The translations under genes and the position numbers were made by a program. The notes beneath the pieces are model-generated. The model made no database searches. It saw nothing but the letters and a program-made list of their open reading frames with translations, and had not been told where the DNA came from. A stretch of 64,000 nucleotides of DNA, taken from contig CAXXQS010000002.1 in the NCBI GenBank assembly GCA_963674735.2, forward strand, positions 640,001-704,000, given 5' to 3'. Below, piece after piece: positions 24,762-34,631 of the stretch; within the stretch, counting starts at the first letter, position 1; each line of letters opens with the position of its first letter. The DNA is from Myxococcota bacterium. Its GTDB lineage: Bacteria > Myxococcota_A > SURF-8.

Positions 24762-25694
24762 TTACGGCTTGGCAGCCCCGTCGACCGCGCGCTCTTTACC
24801 CTCGGCTTCCTCAAGCTCCTTGCGAGCGGCTTCCAGTTCGCGTTTGAGGGCTTTGAGCTTGCTTTTGGTCTTGACCTCTTCGATCCAGAAGAAGCTCACC
24901 TCTTCACCCGGCTGACGGGCACGACGTCCGCCCTTGCGCAGATGTTCCGCCGCCAGTTGCGCGCGGGATTTCACCTCGTAACCGAGGGTTTCGATTTTCG
25001 CGATCGCCTCATAGGCTTCCAAGGCGTCTTTATAACGTTCGTTGTCATACAGGAATTTGGCATAGCGGTCGAACCAGCGACCATTTTTCGGATCTTTGCC
25101 TGCCAGCCATTTGAACATCTCCATGACGATCTCGTGCTGCGCGATAGGAATCTCCTGCTGGATGATTTCCTTCTTTTCCTTGTTATTCTCGTCGGTGATG
25201 ATCACTTCTTCTTCACGCACCAAGACGCGGGCCTCCGCGGCCTCGCAGCCGGTGAACTCGCAATATTTGCTCACGGCCTGCGGATAGGCGTCCCACTCGG
25301 CCAAGTAGCTGATAAAACGGAAATAAGCGGCATCGATGTAAGGCTTGGGAACCACCTTGCGGCAGGAGAAGGTTTTCAATTCCGCCATCACGCGATCCCA
25401 GGTATCCACCGTTTTGGCTTGCGCCAGCATTTCCTGGTAGTTTTCGGCGCGCCGTTCACAGTCCTTATCGGCCTGTTCAACCATCTTCACCTTGGACTGG
25501 CGGATCATCTCCTCCACCTGGATGAAGTGGTCGTTGTCTTTTTTCGCCGCTTCGAGCAGGGGAAGCGCCTGCTCATAGGCACCCTGGTCGAACAGTTCTT
25601 TTCCCTGTTCATACGACGACTTACCGCAGCCGGTCACGACCAGCACCACGCACGCCACACCGACGATCCAACCGCTGACACCCCGCATAAGCAT
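24762..25694 (-). CDS. TPR-like helical lipoprotein of unknown function
   Basis: RBS GAGGAG, lipobox VTG-C, and TPR-like segments YEQGKELFDQGAYEQAL and YAKFLYDNERYKDAL. Confidence 0.7.
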   Translation of the reverse strand: MLMRGVSGWIVGVACVVLVVTGCGKSSYEQGKELFDQGAYEQALPLLEAAKKDNDHFIQVEEMIRQSKVKMVEQADKDCERRAENYQEMLAQAKTVDTWDRVMAELKTFSCRKVVPKPYIDAAYFRFISYLAEWDAYPQAVSKYCEFTGCEAAEARVLVREEEVIITDENNKEKKEIIQQEIPIAQHEIVMEMFKWLAGKDPKNGRWFDRYAKFLYDNERYKDALEAYEAIAKIETLGYEVKSRAQLAAEHLRKGGRRARQPGEEVSFFWIEEVKTKSKLKALKRELEAARKELEEAEGKERAVDGAAKP

Positions 25695-25774
25695 TCTCCT
25701 CAAACGACTTGTTCGGTTTGCTCAATGTTCACCGGACGCTATCACATCACCCAAATAAAGTCAACACCTCCAAA

Positions 25775-25803
25775 TTGACTTCCCCACGCCCCTATGCTAG
25801 AAT
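25775..25803 (+). promoter_or_regulatory. Sigma-70 promoter for the romR-like gene (divergent partner at about 25736-25764)
   Basis: TTGACT-N17-TAGAAT with an extended TG. The opposite strand has TTGACT-N17-TAGCGT. Confidence 0.6.
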
Positions 25804-25872
25804 AATCGTTAATTAATTTAGGGTTTTAGACCCTGTTACCCTGACCGTCCGCACAACCGCAAGGAGTGGAGC

Positions 25873-28227
25873 ATGGCGTGGACCATCCTGCTGGTCGATG
25901 ACAGCCGCACAATACAAGAAATCGTCCGAATGTCCTTTATGAAAACCGAGTTCAACCTCGTCTGCGCCTCCGACGCCGAGAACGGTTTGCGCATGGCCGC
26001 CGAGGTCTCGCCCTCTCTGATTCTGGTCGATCTGCGTCTGCCGGAAATGGACGGCTATGCCTTTTGCGAAGCCGTGAAAAAAGAGGCGGCTCTGTCTGCC
26101 ATCCCGGTGATGCTGCTGGCCGGAAAACACATCGAGGTGGATCGCGCGCGCTCGAAAGAGGTCGGCGCCCAAGGCGTGTTCATCAAACCCTTCGATAGCC
26201 AGGACCTGATCGATCAGGCGGCCATGCTGTGCGAAGCCGCCGACGAAACCGCTCCGGCCGAAGCGGCACTACCCGCCGACAAGCCCATGGTCGCCGAAGA
26301 AGCGGAACCCGTCGAGGAACCGGAGCCCATCGAGGAGCTGGAACCCGTCGAGGAACTGGAACCCATGGCGGATGAGGAACCACTGTCGGCAGAGGGACTC
26401 ATCACAACCGACAGCGTCCTTCAACAGGTTCAAGCCGACGCCCCGGCAGAGGACGATGCATTGACGCATTTCCCACTCACCGGTCAGGATGAGGCTACCC
26501 AAGCCGAAATGGCGGAGTTGGTAGGCGAATTGGACGGACCGTCCGTCGAAGAACCGATCGAAAACATCGAAGGCGGAAGCGTGGATCTCCTGCAGGACAA
26601 TCTGGGTGAAACACAATTCATCCCCCCGCGGGAAGCCGAACGCCGGGCGGAAGACAAAGCCCTGGTGGATCTGGCCATGGATCTGAATCCCGAGGATGAT
26701 ATAGCCGCAGCCGAACATCTGGACGGCCCGGTGGAATTGTCCGACGAAGAAGCCGCCGGTCTGCTGGTGGAAATCGATGAAGACGACGACATCGAAATCG
26801 AAGAACTGGACATCGGCGACGAAGAAAACGAACAAACCCGCATGGAACGGCTGCGACGCATGCCGTTGTCCGAAGCGGTCCAAGGCGAGGCGATTCAGGA
26901 CGACCACGCCAAGTCCGATGACCTCGATCCCTTCGGTCTGGGCTTCGAAACCGAGGCGGCCGGGGAGGCACCGCTGGGCGACGAAATCGTGCCGATGGAC
27001 GAGACCGCCCTGGAACCCATAGAGGACGACTTCGGACTGGAAATCGAACCCCAAGCCGATGATATGGGCGAAGAACTGGATCTGGACGAACTGGAAATCG
27101 AACCGGAAGCCGTCTTCGAAGACATTCAGGTCGAAGAAGCGGAAGGCGAGGCAATCGAAGAAATCGCGCTGGCCGATGCCGTCCCGCATATCGACGAGCT
27201 CGCCCCCGTGGAACCCGAAGACGCGCCTGCCCCGGTGGAATTAACCGCGGATGAAGACGAAAGCGAAATCGTCTCGGTGGCTGAAGAACTGCCGCAAAGT
27301 GAAATACTGGAACCGGCCGAGGATGAGCCCCAACCCGTGGAGCCCGCGGCCGAACCGCAGGAAGCCTTCGTGGTCGAGCACGAAGAGGAACCCCAGATCG
27401 AATCCCAACCTGCTCCCACCGGTCCGAGTGCCGACTTCATTCTGGGCCTGTTCCGCCAGTCGATCCGCCAGGAGCTGGGTCACCTGAGCGCGCCCCCGGC
27501 CGCTGCAATGACCATGACCCCGGAATTCGAGCACAGCCTGCGCGACGTCGTGCGCCAGGAAGTCAAGGTGGCCGTCGCCACGCTGCCACAGGCCGCCCAA
27601 GGCGACGGAACCGCCCCGCAGATGGATCAGCAGGAAATGATCGCCGCCATCCGTCAGGCCGTGCGCGCCGAAGTCAACGAGACCATCAACGACGCCGTCA
27701 AGGCTGCCGTAGAGGCCGCCGTGACTGCCCCGGCCACCCCCGAAGCCGCTCTCGGCAAGGAAGACATCGAAGACATCGTGGGCCGCGTGGTGGGTCGCGA
27801 ACTGGCCGCCGCCATGGAAAATCTGCCGAAACCCGAAGCGCCCCCCACCCCTGCCGATCTGGCCGAGGTCTTGGTCGAGCGCCTGAGCGGACTCTTTGGC
27901 GAGTTGCGTGAAGCGGCAGCCGCCCCGGTTTCACTCGAAGCGGGCACCGTGGAAGAAATCCATACCTGGATCCAATCGGCGTTGAGCGAACTACCTTCCG
28001 CCGACGAACTGAGCCGGATGCTGTCCGGCGGCGGCGCAACGAGCACACCCGCCGGCGACGGCACGGCGCCCGCCACCGATCTCAATGGGATACGCAACCT
28101 CATGCGCGAGGAACTGGCCGCCCTGACCGGCCGCACACTCGAAGCCGTGGTTTGGGAAGTCGTTCCCGATCTCGCCGAACAGATCATCAAGAAGGAACTT
28201 GACCGGCTGACGGCCGACCGCGTATAA
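25873..28227 (+). CDS. romR: RomR-like response regulator: receiver, very long acidic linker and conserved C-terminal helix
   Basis: Receiver with LLAG in place of the usual Thr/Ser. The C-terminal EAVVWEVVPDLAEQIIKKEL resembles the RomR C-terminus. It lies directly upstream of valS, matching my recollection of Myxococcus synteny. Confidence 0.7.
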   Translation: MAWTILLVDDSRTIQEIVRMSFMKTEFNLVCASDAENGLRMAAEVSPSLILVDLRLPEMDGYAFCEAVKKEAALSAIPVMLLAGKHIEVDRARSKEVGAQGVFIKPFDSQDLIDQAAMLCEAADETAPAEAALPADKPMVAEEAEPVEEPEPIEELEPVEELEPMADEEPLSAEGLITTDSVLQQVQADAPAEDDALTHFPLTGQDEATQAEMAELVGELDGPSVEEPIENIEGGSVDLLQDNLGETQFIPPREAERRAEDKALVDLAMDLNPEDDIAAAEHLDGPVELSDEEAAGLLVEIDEDDDIEIEELDIGDEENEQTRMERLRRMPLSEAVQGEAIQDDHAKSDDLDPFGLGFETEAAGEAPLGDEIVPMDETALEPIEDDFGLEIEPQADDMGEELDLDELEIEPEAVFEDIQVEEAEGEAIEEIALADAVPHIDELAPVEPEDAPAPVELTADEDESEIVSVAEELPQSEILEPAEDEPQPVEPAAEPQEAFVVEHEEEPQIESQPAPTGPSADFILGLFRQSIRQELGHLSAPPAAAMTMTPEFEHSLRDVVRQEVKVAVATLPQAAQGDGTAPQMDQQEMIAAIRQAVRAEVNETINDAVKAAVEAAVTAPATPEAALGKEDIEDIVGRVVGRELAAAMENLPKPEAPPTPADLAEVLVERLSGLFGELREAAAAPVSLEAGTVEEIHTWIQSALSELPSADELSRMLSGGGATSTPAGDGTAPATDLNGIRNLMREELAALTGRTLEAVVWEVVPDLAEQIIKKELDRLTADRV

Positions 28228-28326
28228 CGAGGTCCGGCTTTTTCGGCCGATGTGAGCAAGCCCGTTTCAGACGGGGGCGGGCCGAGGGCTCGTCCCTGTC
28301 TTTTTTTAGGCCAATGGAGCAGCAGC

Positions 28327-31128
28327 ATGTCGGACATTCTGAACAAAGGTTACGATCCCGCCGAGATCGAAGCGAAATGGTACCCGATCTGGGAAAAAAA
28401 CGGCTATTTCCATGCCGACGAAACCGATACCCAACGCCCGCCCTTCTGCATCGTCTACCCGCCGACCAACGTCACCGGCACCTTGCATATGGGGCATGCG
28501 CTGACGGTGGCCATTCAGGACATGATCATCCGCTGGCGTCGCATGCGCGGCGACAACGTACTGTGGCTGCCGGGTACCGACCATGCGGGCATCGCCACCC
28601 AGATGGTGGTGGAACGTAACCTGAAGGTCACGGAAGGCAAAAGCCGCCACGATCTGGGTCGCGAAGCATTTCTCGAACGCGTGTGGCAGTGGAAACATGA
28701 AAAGGGCGGACGCATCAGCGAGCAGCTGCGCGTCTTGGGCGCATCCCTCGATTGGGAGCGTGAACGCTTCACCATGGACGAGGGCTGTTCCCACGCCGTG
28801 CGTGAAACCTTCGTGCGCCTCTATGAAGAAGGCCTGATCTACCGCGCCGACCGTCTGATCAACTGGTGCCCGCGCTGCATGACGGCGCTCTCCGATCTGG
28901 AAGTCGAGCACAAAGAAGGCGTTCCCGGCGAGTTGTGGCGCTTCGCCTATCCGCTGGCCGACGGTTCGGGCGAGATCGTGGTAGCCACCACGCGTCCCGA
29001 AACCATGCTCGGCGACACGGCCATCGCCGTACACCCCGACGATCCACGCTACCAGGCCTTTATCGGCAAGAACGTCAAGCATCCGCTTCTGGGTTACGAA
29101 TTCGCCATCATCGCCGACGCCGAACTGGTCGACCCGGAATTCGGAACCGGGGCGGTGAAAGTCACCCCGGCCCACGATCCGAACGATTTCGAAACCGGCC
29201 AACGCCACAAGCTGAAGATAATCAACATCCTCAACTCCGATGGCACGCTCAACGAGCAGGCCGGGGAATTCGCCGGGATGGATCGCTTCGAGGCGCGCAA
29301 GGCCGTCAAGGAAGCCATCGAAAAGAGCGGCTTTGCCCGTGGGCGCAACGATTACGCTATGAGCATCGGTGGGTGCCAGCGTTGCGGAACCGTGGTGGAA
29401 CCCTATATCTCCAAACAATGGTTCGTCAAAGCGGGACCGCTGGCCGCCGCCGCCAGCCAGGCCGTGCGCGACCGGGAAACCGTCTTCGTGCCCGAAACCT
29501 GGGAGAAAACGTTTTTCAATTGGATGGACGACATCCGCGACTGGTGTATCTCGCGCCAGCTCTGGTGGGGCCATCGCATCCCCGCCTGGTATTGCAGCGA
29601 TTGCGGTCACATCAGCGTTTCGCGCGACGACCTCACGGCCTGCGCCAAATGCGGATCGGCCGCCATCGTCCAAGACGAGGACGTGCTCGACACCTGGTTC
29701 TCGTCGGCCCTCTGGCCCTTCTCGACCCTCGGCTGGCCCGACGAAACGCCCGATATGCAACACTTCTATCCCAACGCGATGATGGAAACGGGCTTCGACA
29801 TCATTTTCTTCTGGGTGGCGCGCATGATGATGATGGGCATCCACCTGCTCGGTAAAACGCCTTTCGCCACCGTTTACCTGCACGCCATGGTGCGCGATCA
29901 CGAAGGCCGTAAAATGAGCAAGTCGATCGGCAACGTGATCGACCCGCTGGACGTGGTGTACGGCATCGGCAAGGACGACCTGCTCGCCAAACGGCGTGCG
30001 GACGCCGAAGCGCTGGGCATCGCCCCCAAGCAGGTCGAACGCATCGTGAAAGACACACGCAAGCTGTTCGCCAAGGGCATTCCCACTTCGGGAGCCGACG
30101 CGTTGCGTTTTACGCTCTTGTCCATGGTGGGTCAGGGTCGCGACATCAAGCTCGACGTGCACCGCGTCGAAGGTTACCGTTTCTTCGCCAACAAGATCTG
30201 GAACGCCAGCCGCTTCGCCTTGATGAATCTGAAGGATTACGATCCCCAAGCCGACATCGATCCGAGCGCCTATGGTCTGGCCGAACGCTGGATTCTCTCG
30301 CGCCTGCGCCGCGCCACCCTCACCGCCAACGAGGGTTTCGAGACGCATCATTACGATCAGTCCGCCATGGCCGTGTATCATTTTTTCTGGGACGAATTCT
30401 GCGACTGGTATATCGAGTTGGCCAAGCCCACGCTTTATGCGAAGGATGACAATCCGGCGGCCCGCGCCGCCACGCAGCGCGTCCTGGTGCGCGTGCTCGA
30501 TACGGCGCTACGCCTGCTGCATCCCTTCATGCCGTTCGTCACCGAGGAAATCTGGCAGGCGCTACCGAAAAGCGAGGACCACGGACCGACGATCATGCTG
30601 GCCCCCTACCCCACCGCCGATGAATTCGCCGACGCCGAAGCCTTCGCCGCCGATGAAGCCCCCATGGCCGCCATCCAGGCCGTTATCCGGGCGGCCCGCA
30701 ACATTCGCGGTGAGTGCGGCATCGAACCGGGTCGCCGCATTCCGGTGGTGATCCAGGCCGCCGAGGCCGAGCGACGCGACCTGCTCAACCGCTACGCCGC
30801 CGAGATCCGCGACCTGGCGCGCATCGACACCCTCGATATCGTCGATCATTACGACAAGCAGGGTCCGGCCGCCAAAGGCGTCGTCACCGGTGCGGATCTG
30901 TTCGTGCCGCTGGCGGGCTTGATCGATATCGACGAGGAGATTGCGCGTGTCACCGGCCAGCTAGGCAAGATCGAAAAGGAACTCAACGGCATCGACGCCC
31001 GTCTTTCCAAGGAAAGCTTCGTCAGCCGCGCCCCGGCGGAAGTGGTGCAGAAGGAACGGGAGCGCGCCGAAGACCTACGCGCCAAACAAGCCAAACTGGC
31101 CGAACATATCGCCGAATTGAAAGGCTGA
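28327..31128 (+). CDS. valS: Valine--tRNA ligase
   Basis: HMGH, GTDHAGIATQ, TTRPET, DWCISRQLWWGH and KMSKS motifs, and a C-terminal coiled coil. Confidence 0.97.
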   Translation: MSDILNKGYDPAEIEAKWYPIWEKNGYFHADETDTQRPPFCIVYPPTNVTGTLHMGHALTVAIQDMIIRWRRMRGDNVLWLPGTDHAGIATQMVVERNLKVTEGKSRHDLGREAFLERVWQWKHEKGGRISEQLRVLGASLDWERERFTMDEGCSHAVRETFVRLYEEGLIYRADRLINWCPRCMTALSDLEVEHKEGVPGELWRFAYPLADGSGEIVVATTRPETMLGDTAIAVHPDDPRYQAFIGKNVKHPLLGYEFAIIADAELVDPEFGTGAVKVTPAHDPNDFETGQRHKLKIINILNSDGTLNEQAGEFAGMDRFEARKAVKEAIEKSGFARGRNDYAMSIGGCQRCGTVVEPYISKQWFVKAGPLAAAASQAVRDRETVFVPETWEKTFFNWMDDIRDWCISRQLWWGHRIPAWYCSDCGHISVSRDDLTACAKCGSAAIVQDEDVLDTWFSSALWPFSTLGWPDETPDMQHFYPNAMMETGFDIIFFWVARMMMMGIHLLGKTPFATVYLHAMVRDHEGRKMSKSIGNVIDPLDVVYGIGKDDLLAKRRADAEALGIAPKQVERIVKDTRKLFAKGIPTSGADALRFTLLSMVGQGRDIKLDVHRVEGYRFFANKIWNASRFALMNLKDYDPQADIDPSAYGLAERWILSRLRRATLTANEGFETHHYDQSAMAVYHFFWDEFCDWYIELAKPTLYAKDDNPAARAATQRVLVRVLDTALRLLHPFMPFVTEEIWQALPKSEDHGPTIMLAPYPTADEFADAEAFAADEAPMAAIQAVIRAARNIRGECGIEPGRRIPVVIQAAEAERRDLLNRYAAEIRDLARIDTLDIVDHYDKQGPAAKGVVTGADLFVPLAGLIDIDEEIARVTGQLGKIEKELNGIDARLSKESFVSRAPAEVVQKERERAEDLRAKQAKLAEHIAELKG

Positions 31129-31161
31129 ACCGCGCACCGGTAACCGAGATGGAGGGCCGTC

Positions 31162-32007
31162 ATGTCTTACGAACGCATCCATGAAGCACACTATCTGGCG
31201 TTGGCGCTGCGCGCCCTGCGCGAAGACATCGGCACTGGCGACATCACCGCCGACGCCTGCGTCGAACCCGACAAAATCGGCTCGGGGCATATCGTCGCCA
31301 AACAGGAACTGGTGCTGTGCGGGGTCGAGGTAGCCGAAACGGTTTTCCGCAAAACCGATCGTGAATTCACCTTCCCGAAAGCACGCAAAGACAAAGACCT
31401 GCTTCAGCCCGGAGAAACGATTCTGGAAGTACGGGGCAAGGCCAATTACATGCTCAAGGCCGAACGCACCGCACTCAACTTCATGCAACATCTTTCAGGC
31501 ATCGCCACCGTCACGCGCCAGTACGTACAAGCCATCGCGGGGACACATGCCCTCGTGATCGATACGCGCAAAACCACGCCGGGTATGCGGGCGCTGGAAA
31601 AATATGCCGTGCGCTGCGGCGGCGGACACAACCACCGCTTCGGTCTGTTCGATGGCGCCCTGATCAAGGAAAACCACATCCGCGCCTGCGGCGATATCGC
31701 CCACGCCATCCAAGCGGTCCGTGGCCGCGCCCACCACCTGATGCAGATCGAGGTGGAAGTACGCGATTTCGACGAACTCGACCAGGCGCTGGCCGCCAAA
31801 GCCGACGTGGTCATGTTGGACAATTTTTCGGTGGAAGACGCCACTCGCGCCGTCGCTCATATCAACGGCCGGGCCAAAGCGGAAATCTCGGGTAACATCA
31901 ATCTACAGACCATCCGCAGCTACGCCGAAACGGGAGTCGACCTGATCTCGGTCGGCCGCATCACCCACAGCGCCCCCTCGGTGGATATCTCCATGCTGTT
32001 CGATTGA
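31162..32007 (+). CDS. nadC: Nicotinate-nucleotide diphosphorylase (carboxylating)
   Basis: ERTALN...SGIAT, DTRKTTPG, NHRFGL, IKENH, MLDN and THSA motifs. Confidence 0.95.
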   Translation: MSYERIHEAHYLALALRALREDIGTGDITADACVEPDKIGSGHIVAKQELVLCGVEVAETVFRKTDREFTFPKARKDKDLLQPGETILEVRGKANYMLKAERTALNFMQHLSGIATVTRQYVQAIAGTHALVIDTRKTTPGMRALEKYAVRCGGGHNHRFGLFDGALIKENHIRACGDIAHAIQAVRGRAHHLMQIEVEVRDFDELDQALAAKADVVMLDNFSVEDATRAVAHINGRAKAEISGNINLQTIRSYAETGVDLISVGRITHSAPSVDISMLFD

Positions 32008-32015
32008 ACCGTTTC

Positions 32016-33413
32016 TCAGATCGCCAGTTGCAGCAGCACGCGCACGCGCAGATCGTTTCGGTCGTCGACGCCGTCCCGGTAGTCGTGCAGGCAAAAGCCC
32101 ACATCGTTTTTCAACACCAGATGGCTGTCGAAAAAATGGAAGTTGAGCGCCGCCACGAATTCATGCTCCGCAAGCACGTTTCCAGCCTGGCCATACTGCT
32201 CCGTTAAATCGTCTCGTTCATCGGCTTCCGCCTGGGCCAGAATATTCTCGGCATGCTTGCGGGCATCCTGGCGCAGGTCGCCGGTCGTCGCCACGAAGGC
32301 ATAAGAAAAAGCCAGCTCCACCCAGTCGTTCAGCAGATAGCCGGTCTGCAGCAGGAACCCGTGGAAACCGACCTGCCAGTCATGATCGTCCTGAGTGGCT
32401 TCGGTCACGCCGAGGTAGTAAATCAACGCCAGCGAATAGCCATGCACCTTCAGCAAAAACTCGGGGGCCAAACGCAAAGCCATGTCGCGCTCACGCTTGG
32501 GCCGTAGAATGACACTACTGCTCAATCCGCTGGAAAACCGAAAACCACCCTTTTTAAAATCGGAGAAGCGGCGCGTATTGATACCCGCGTGGTTGTAAGC
32601 GATATGCGCCGCCAGACCGGGATGAAATTCGTCCTGCGGCGCCGGATCGGTCAGGGAGGACGGACTGGTCAACTTTTCACCATACATCTTGGCCACACCG
32701 ACCCCGTGAGATTTACGCGCGTTCCGGCCGCTGTAAATTCCCGCCTGATACTCGATACGCGGCGGTTTCGACTTACCGTTATGCAACGTCAGACCCAGTT
32801 GCCGCTCGGTACCGAAATACGGCGACACCAAAGCCCAGTCCGCAATCATCTGGTCCTTATCGGAGTTCTGGCGGTAGCGGGTGAAAGGCGCTTTTGCTTG
32901 ACCAATTTCCAGTTGCACCTGGGGCGTAAACGCGACGTTGAGTGTCGCGTCCAGCAGTTCCAGCGACCCCGGCGACAGATTGAACTGCAGGAAGTAAGAC
33001 AGGTTTTCCGCAAACAGACGTCCTTTAAACGAGGTACGGATACGCCGGAACTTGAATTCCGTGTGGGTATCGGCGGTATCGGCATCATCGAAGTCGGTGC
33101 TGTCGAGTTGCAGCAGCATCTGCACCCGCAATCCGAAGGTCAGGCTATTGCGTCCGTCGGCGCTTTCGAGCGTGAGCTTGGGCGATAGTTTCGAAGCGGA
33201 CGGCGCTGTTTTCGCCGGATCGGATGTTCCCGCAGCTTCTGTTATGATACCCGACGTCGGCGATGGCGGGGCGTCTTGCGCCTGCGCCGGAGAAACAAAG
33301 CCACCCGCCAGCAAACCCAGGATAACCAGACCCAGCAATTCGATCCGCACAACACAACCCTGCACCTGCACACCCGGCCACTCTCGACGTCCCCTACCCA
33401 TCCGATCGTTCAT
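32016..33413 (-). CDS. Outer-membrane porin (OprO/OprP-like)
   Basis: Signal peptide ending AQA, the FKFRRIR...LLDA...IGQAKAPF pattern, and a terminal strand LRVRVLLQLAI. Confidence 0.7.
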   Translation of the reverse strand: MNDRMGRGRREWPGVQVQGCVVRIELLGLVILGLLAGGFVSPAQAQDAPPSPTSGIITEAAGTSDPAKTAPSASKLSPKLTLESADGRNSLTFGLRVQMLLQLDSTDFDDADTADTHTEFKFRRIRTSFKGRLFAENLSYFLQFNLSPGSLELLDATLNVAFTPQVQLEIGQAKAPFTRYRQNSDKDQMIADWALVSPYFGTERQLGLTLHNGKSKPPRIEYQAGIYSGRNARKSHGVGVAKMYGEKLTSPSSLTDPAPQDEFHPGLAAHIAYNHAGINTRRFSDFKKGGFRFSSGLSSSVILRPKRERDMALRLAPEFLLKVHGYSLALIYYLGVTEATQDDHDWQVGFHGFLLQTGYLLNDWVELAFSYAFVATTGDLRQDARKHAENILAQAEADERDDLTEQYGQAGNVLAEHEFVAALNFHFFDSHLVLKNDVGFCLHDYRDGVDDRNDLRVRVLLQLAI

Positions 33414-33576
33414 TCGCCTCGCTCCTCTTCATGGATACAAATAAATACGGATTGCGTTTCTTCTTTATCCACGAGCGCACCGGGATTGTTAATCCAATGT
33501 TAGCGCCGCACCGGGGCGAGTGTAATTGAGGAGATGAAAGCGGGCAAGAAGAAAAGAAAAAGTTCGGCGCAGACCG

Positions 33577-34404
33577 TTACTTGCGTAAGGCGGTGATGTC
33601 GTCGAACAGAGTGACGAAGTAGCCGGGTTTCGGGCAAAAAACGGTGACGTAATACCAACAATCCACATGATCGGCATAAAACTCGTAACGGGCGGTTTCA
33701 CCGCTGATCGCCACATGGGCGAAGCGCTCCAGCCAAATACGACCGCCGTTGTCGAGACCGGGCAGCACCTCCGAGGCGCAATGATAGAGGGTTTCCGCTT
33801 CACTCATTCCAAAGATGCTTTCGAATTCGTGGTTAAGCTCCAAAAATTCGAAATCCACAACATCCCCGGCTTCGTTCTGGATGACCCGAAAATAGCCGAA
33901 CCCGACCGGCATGCTTTCGAACAGCGCGACATGCTTCTCCTCGCTCTCTAAAAGAGCCGACGTTCGCAGATCCACCTGTCGTTCCAACTCCCGCCGGTAA
34001 TTCAGATTTTCGGCTTCGAGTTGGTTTTTTTCCTGTTCGAGAATGGTAATACGCACGGCCGATCGGACCACCTGCAAAATAGTGGTTTTGGAAACCGGTT
34101 TACTCAGATAATCGAAAGCCCCGGCCCGCAGCGCTTCAGCGGCTGTTTCCACCGCAGGCTGGCCGGTAATTAGAATGACCTTGGTGAAGGAAGACAGTTG
34201 GCTAATCCGACGAACCAGGTCGACCCCGCTTGTTCGAGGAAGAAAGATGTCGGTAATCACCACCTCAAAACTCATCGACTGAATCAACTCGACCGCGGCC
34301 TGTGCATCTGCAGCTTGGTGAACCTCGTAATTGTCTTCCTTGAGAAACTCGGTCAGCGTGATTCGCATTCCTCGTTCATCATCGACGACCAATACGCGAG
34401 CCAT
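33577..34404 (-). CDS. Response regulator with coiled coil and PAS domain (no kinase or output domain)
   Basis: Receiver VLVVDD...TDIFLP...ITG...LSKP, an S-helix-like VDLRT, and a PAS domain ending VTLFDDITALRK-stop. Confidence 0.8.
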   Translation of the reverse strand: MARVLVVDDERGMRITLTEFLKEDNYEVHQAADAQAAVELIQSMSFEVVITDIFLPRTSGVDLVRRISQLSSFTKVILITGQPAVETAAEALRAGAFDYLSKPVSKTTILQVVRSAVRITILEQEKNQLEAENLNYRRELERQVDLRTSALLESEEKHVALFESMPVGFGYFRVIQNEAGDVVDFEFLELNHEFESIFGMSEAETLYHCASEVLPGLDNGGRIWLERFAHVAISGETARYEFYADHVDCWYYVTVFCPKPGYFVTLFDDITALRK

Positions 34405-34631
34405 GCGGTGCTCCTATTCCCGTTCGTCGGCACACAAACACACACGACAGCCTCGCCGTTCGAACGTTCAACCCCCGAAAATGCTTCAATGAACCGCCCT
34501 TACAAGAAGGTGCGCGATGTCAGGCCCTGCTCTTCGATTTCATTGAATCAGAATCAACCAAGCTTGTCCAGGGTTTTCCACATTTCGGTGATTTTCAGAT
34601 CTTATAAAAGCGAGTATTCGGTTCTTCAATT

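Noticed and set aside
29950-30090. Insertion after KMSKS in ValRS
   Set aside because: It resembles the known insertion in E. coli-type ValRS and is not novel.
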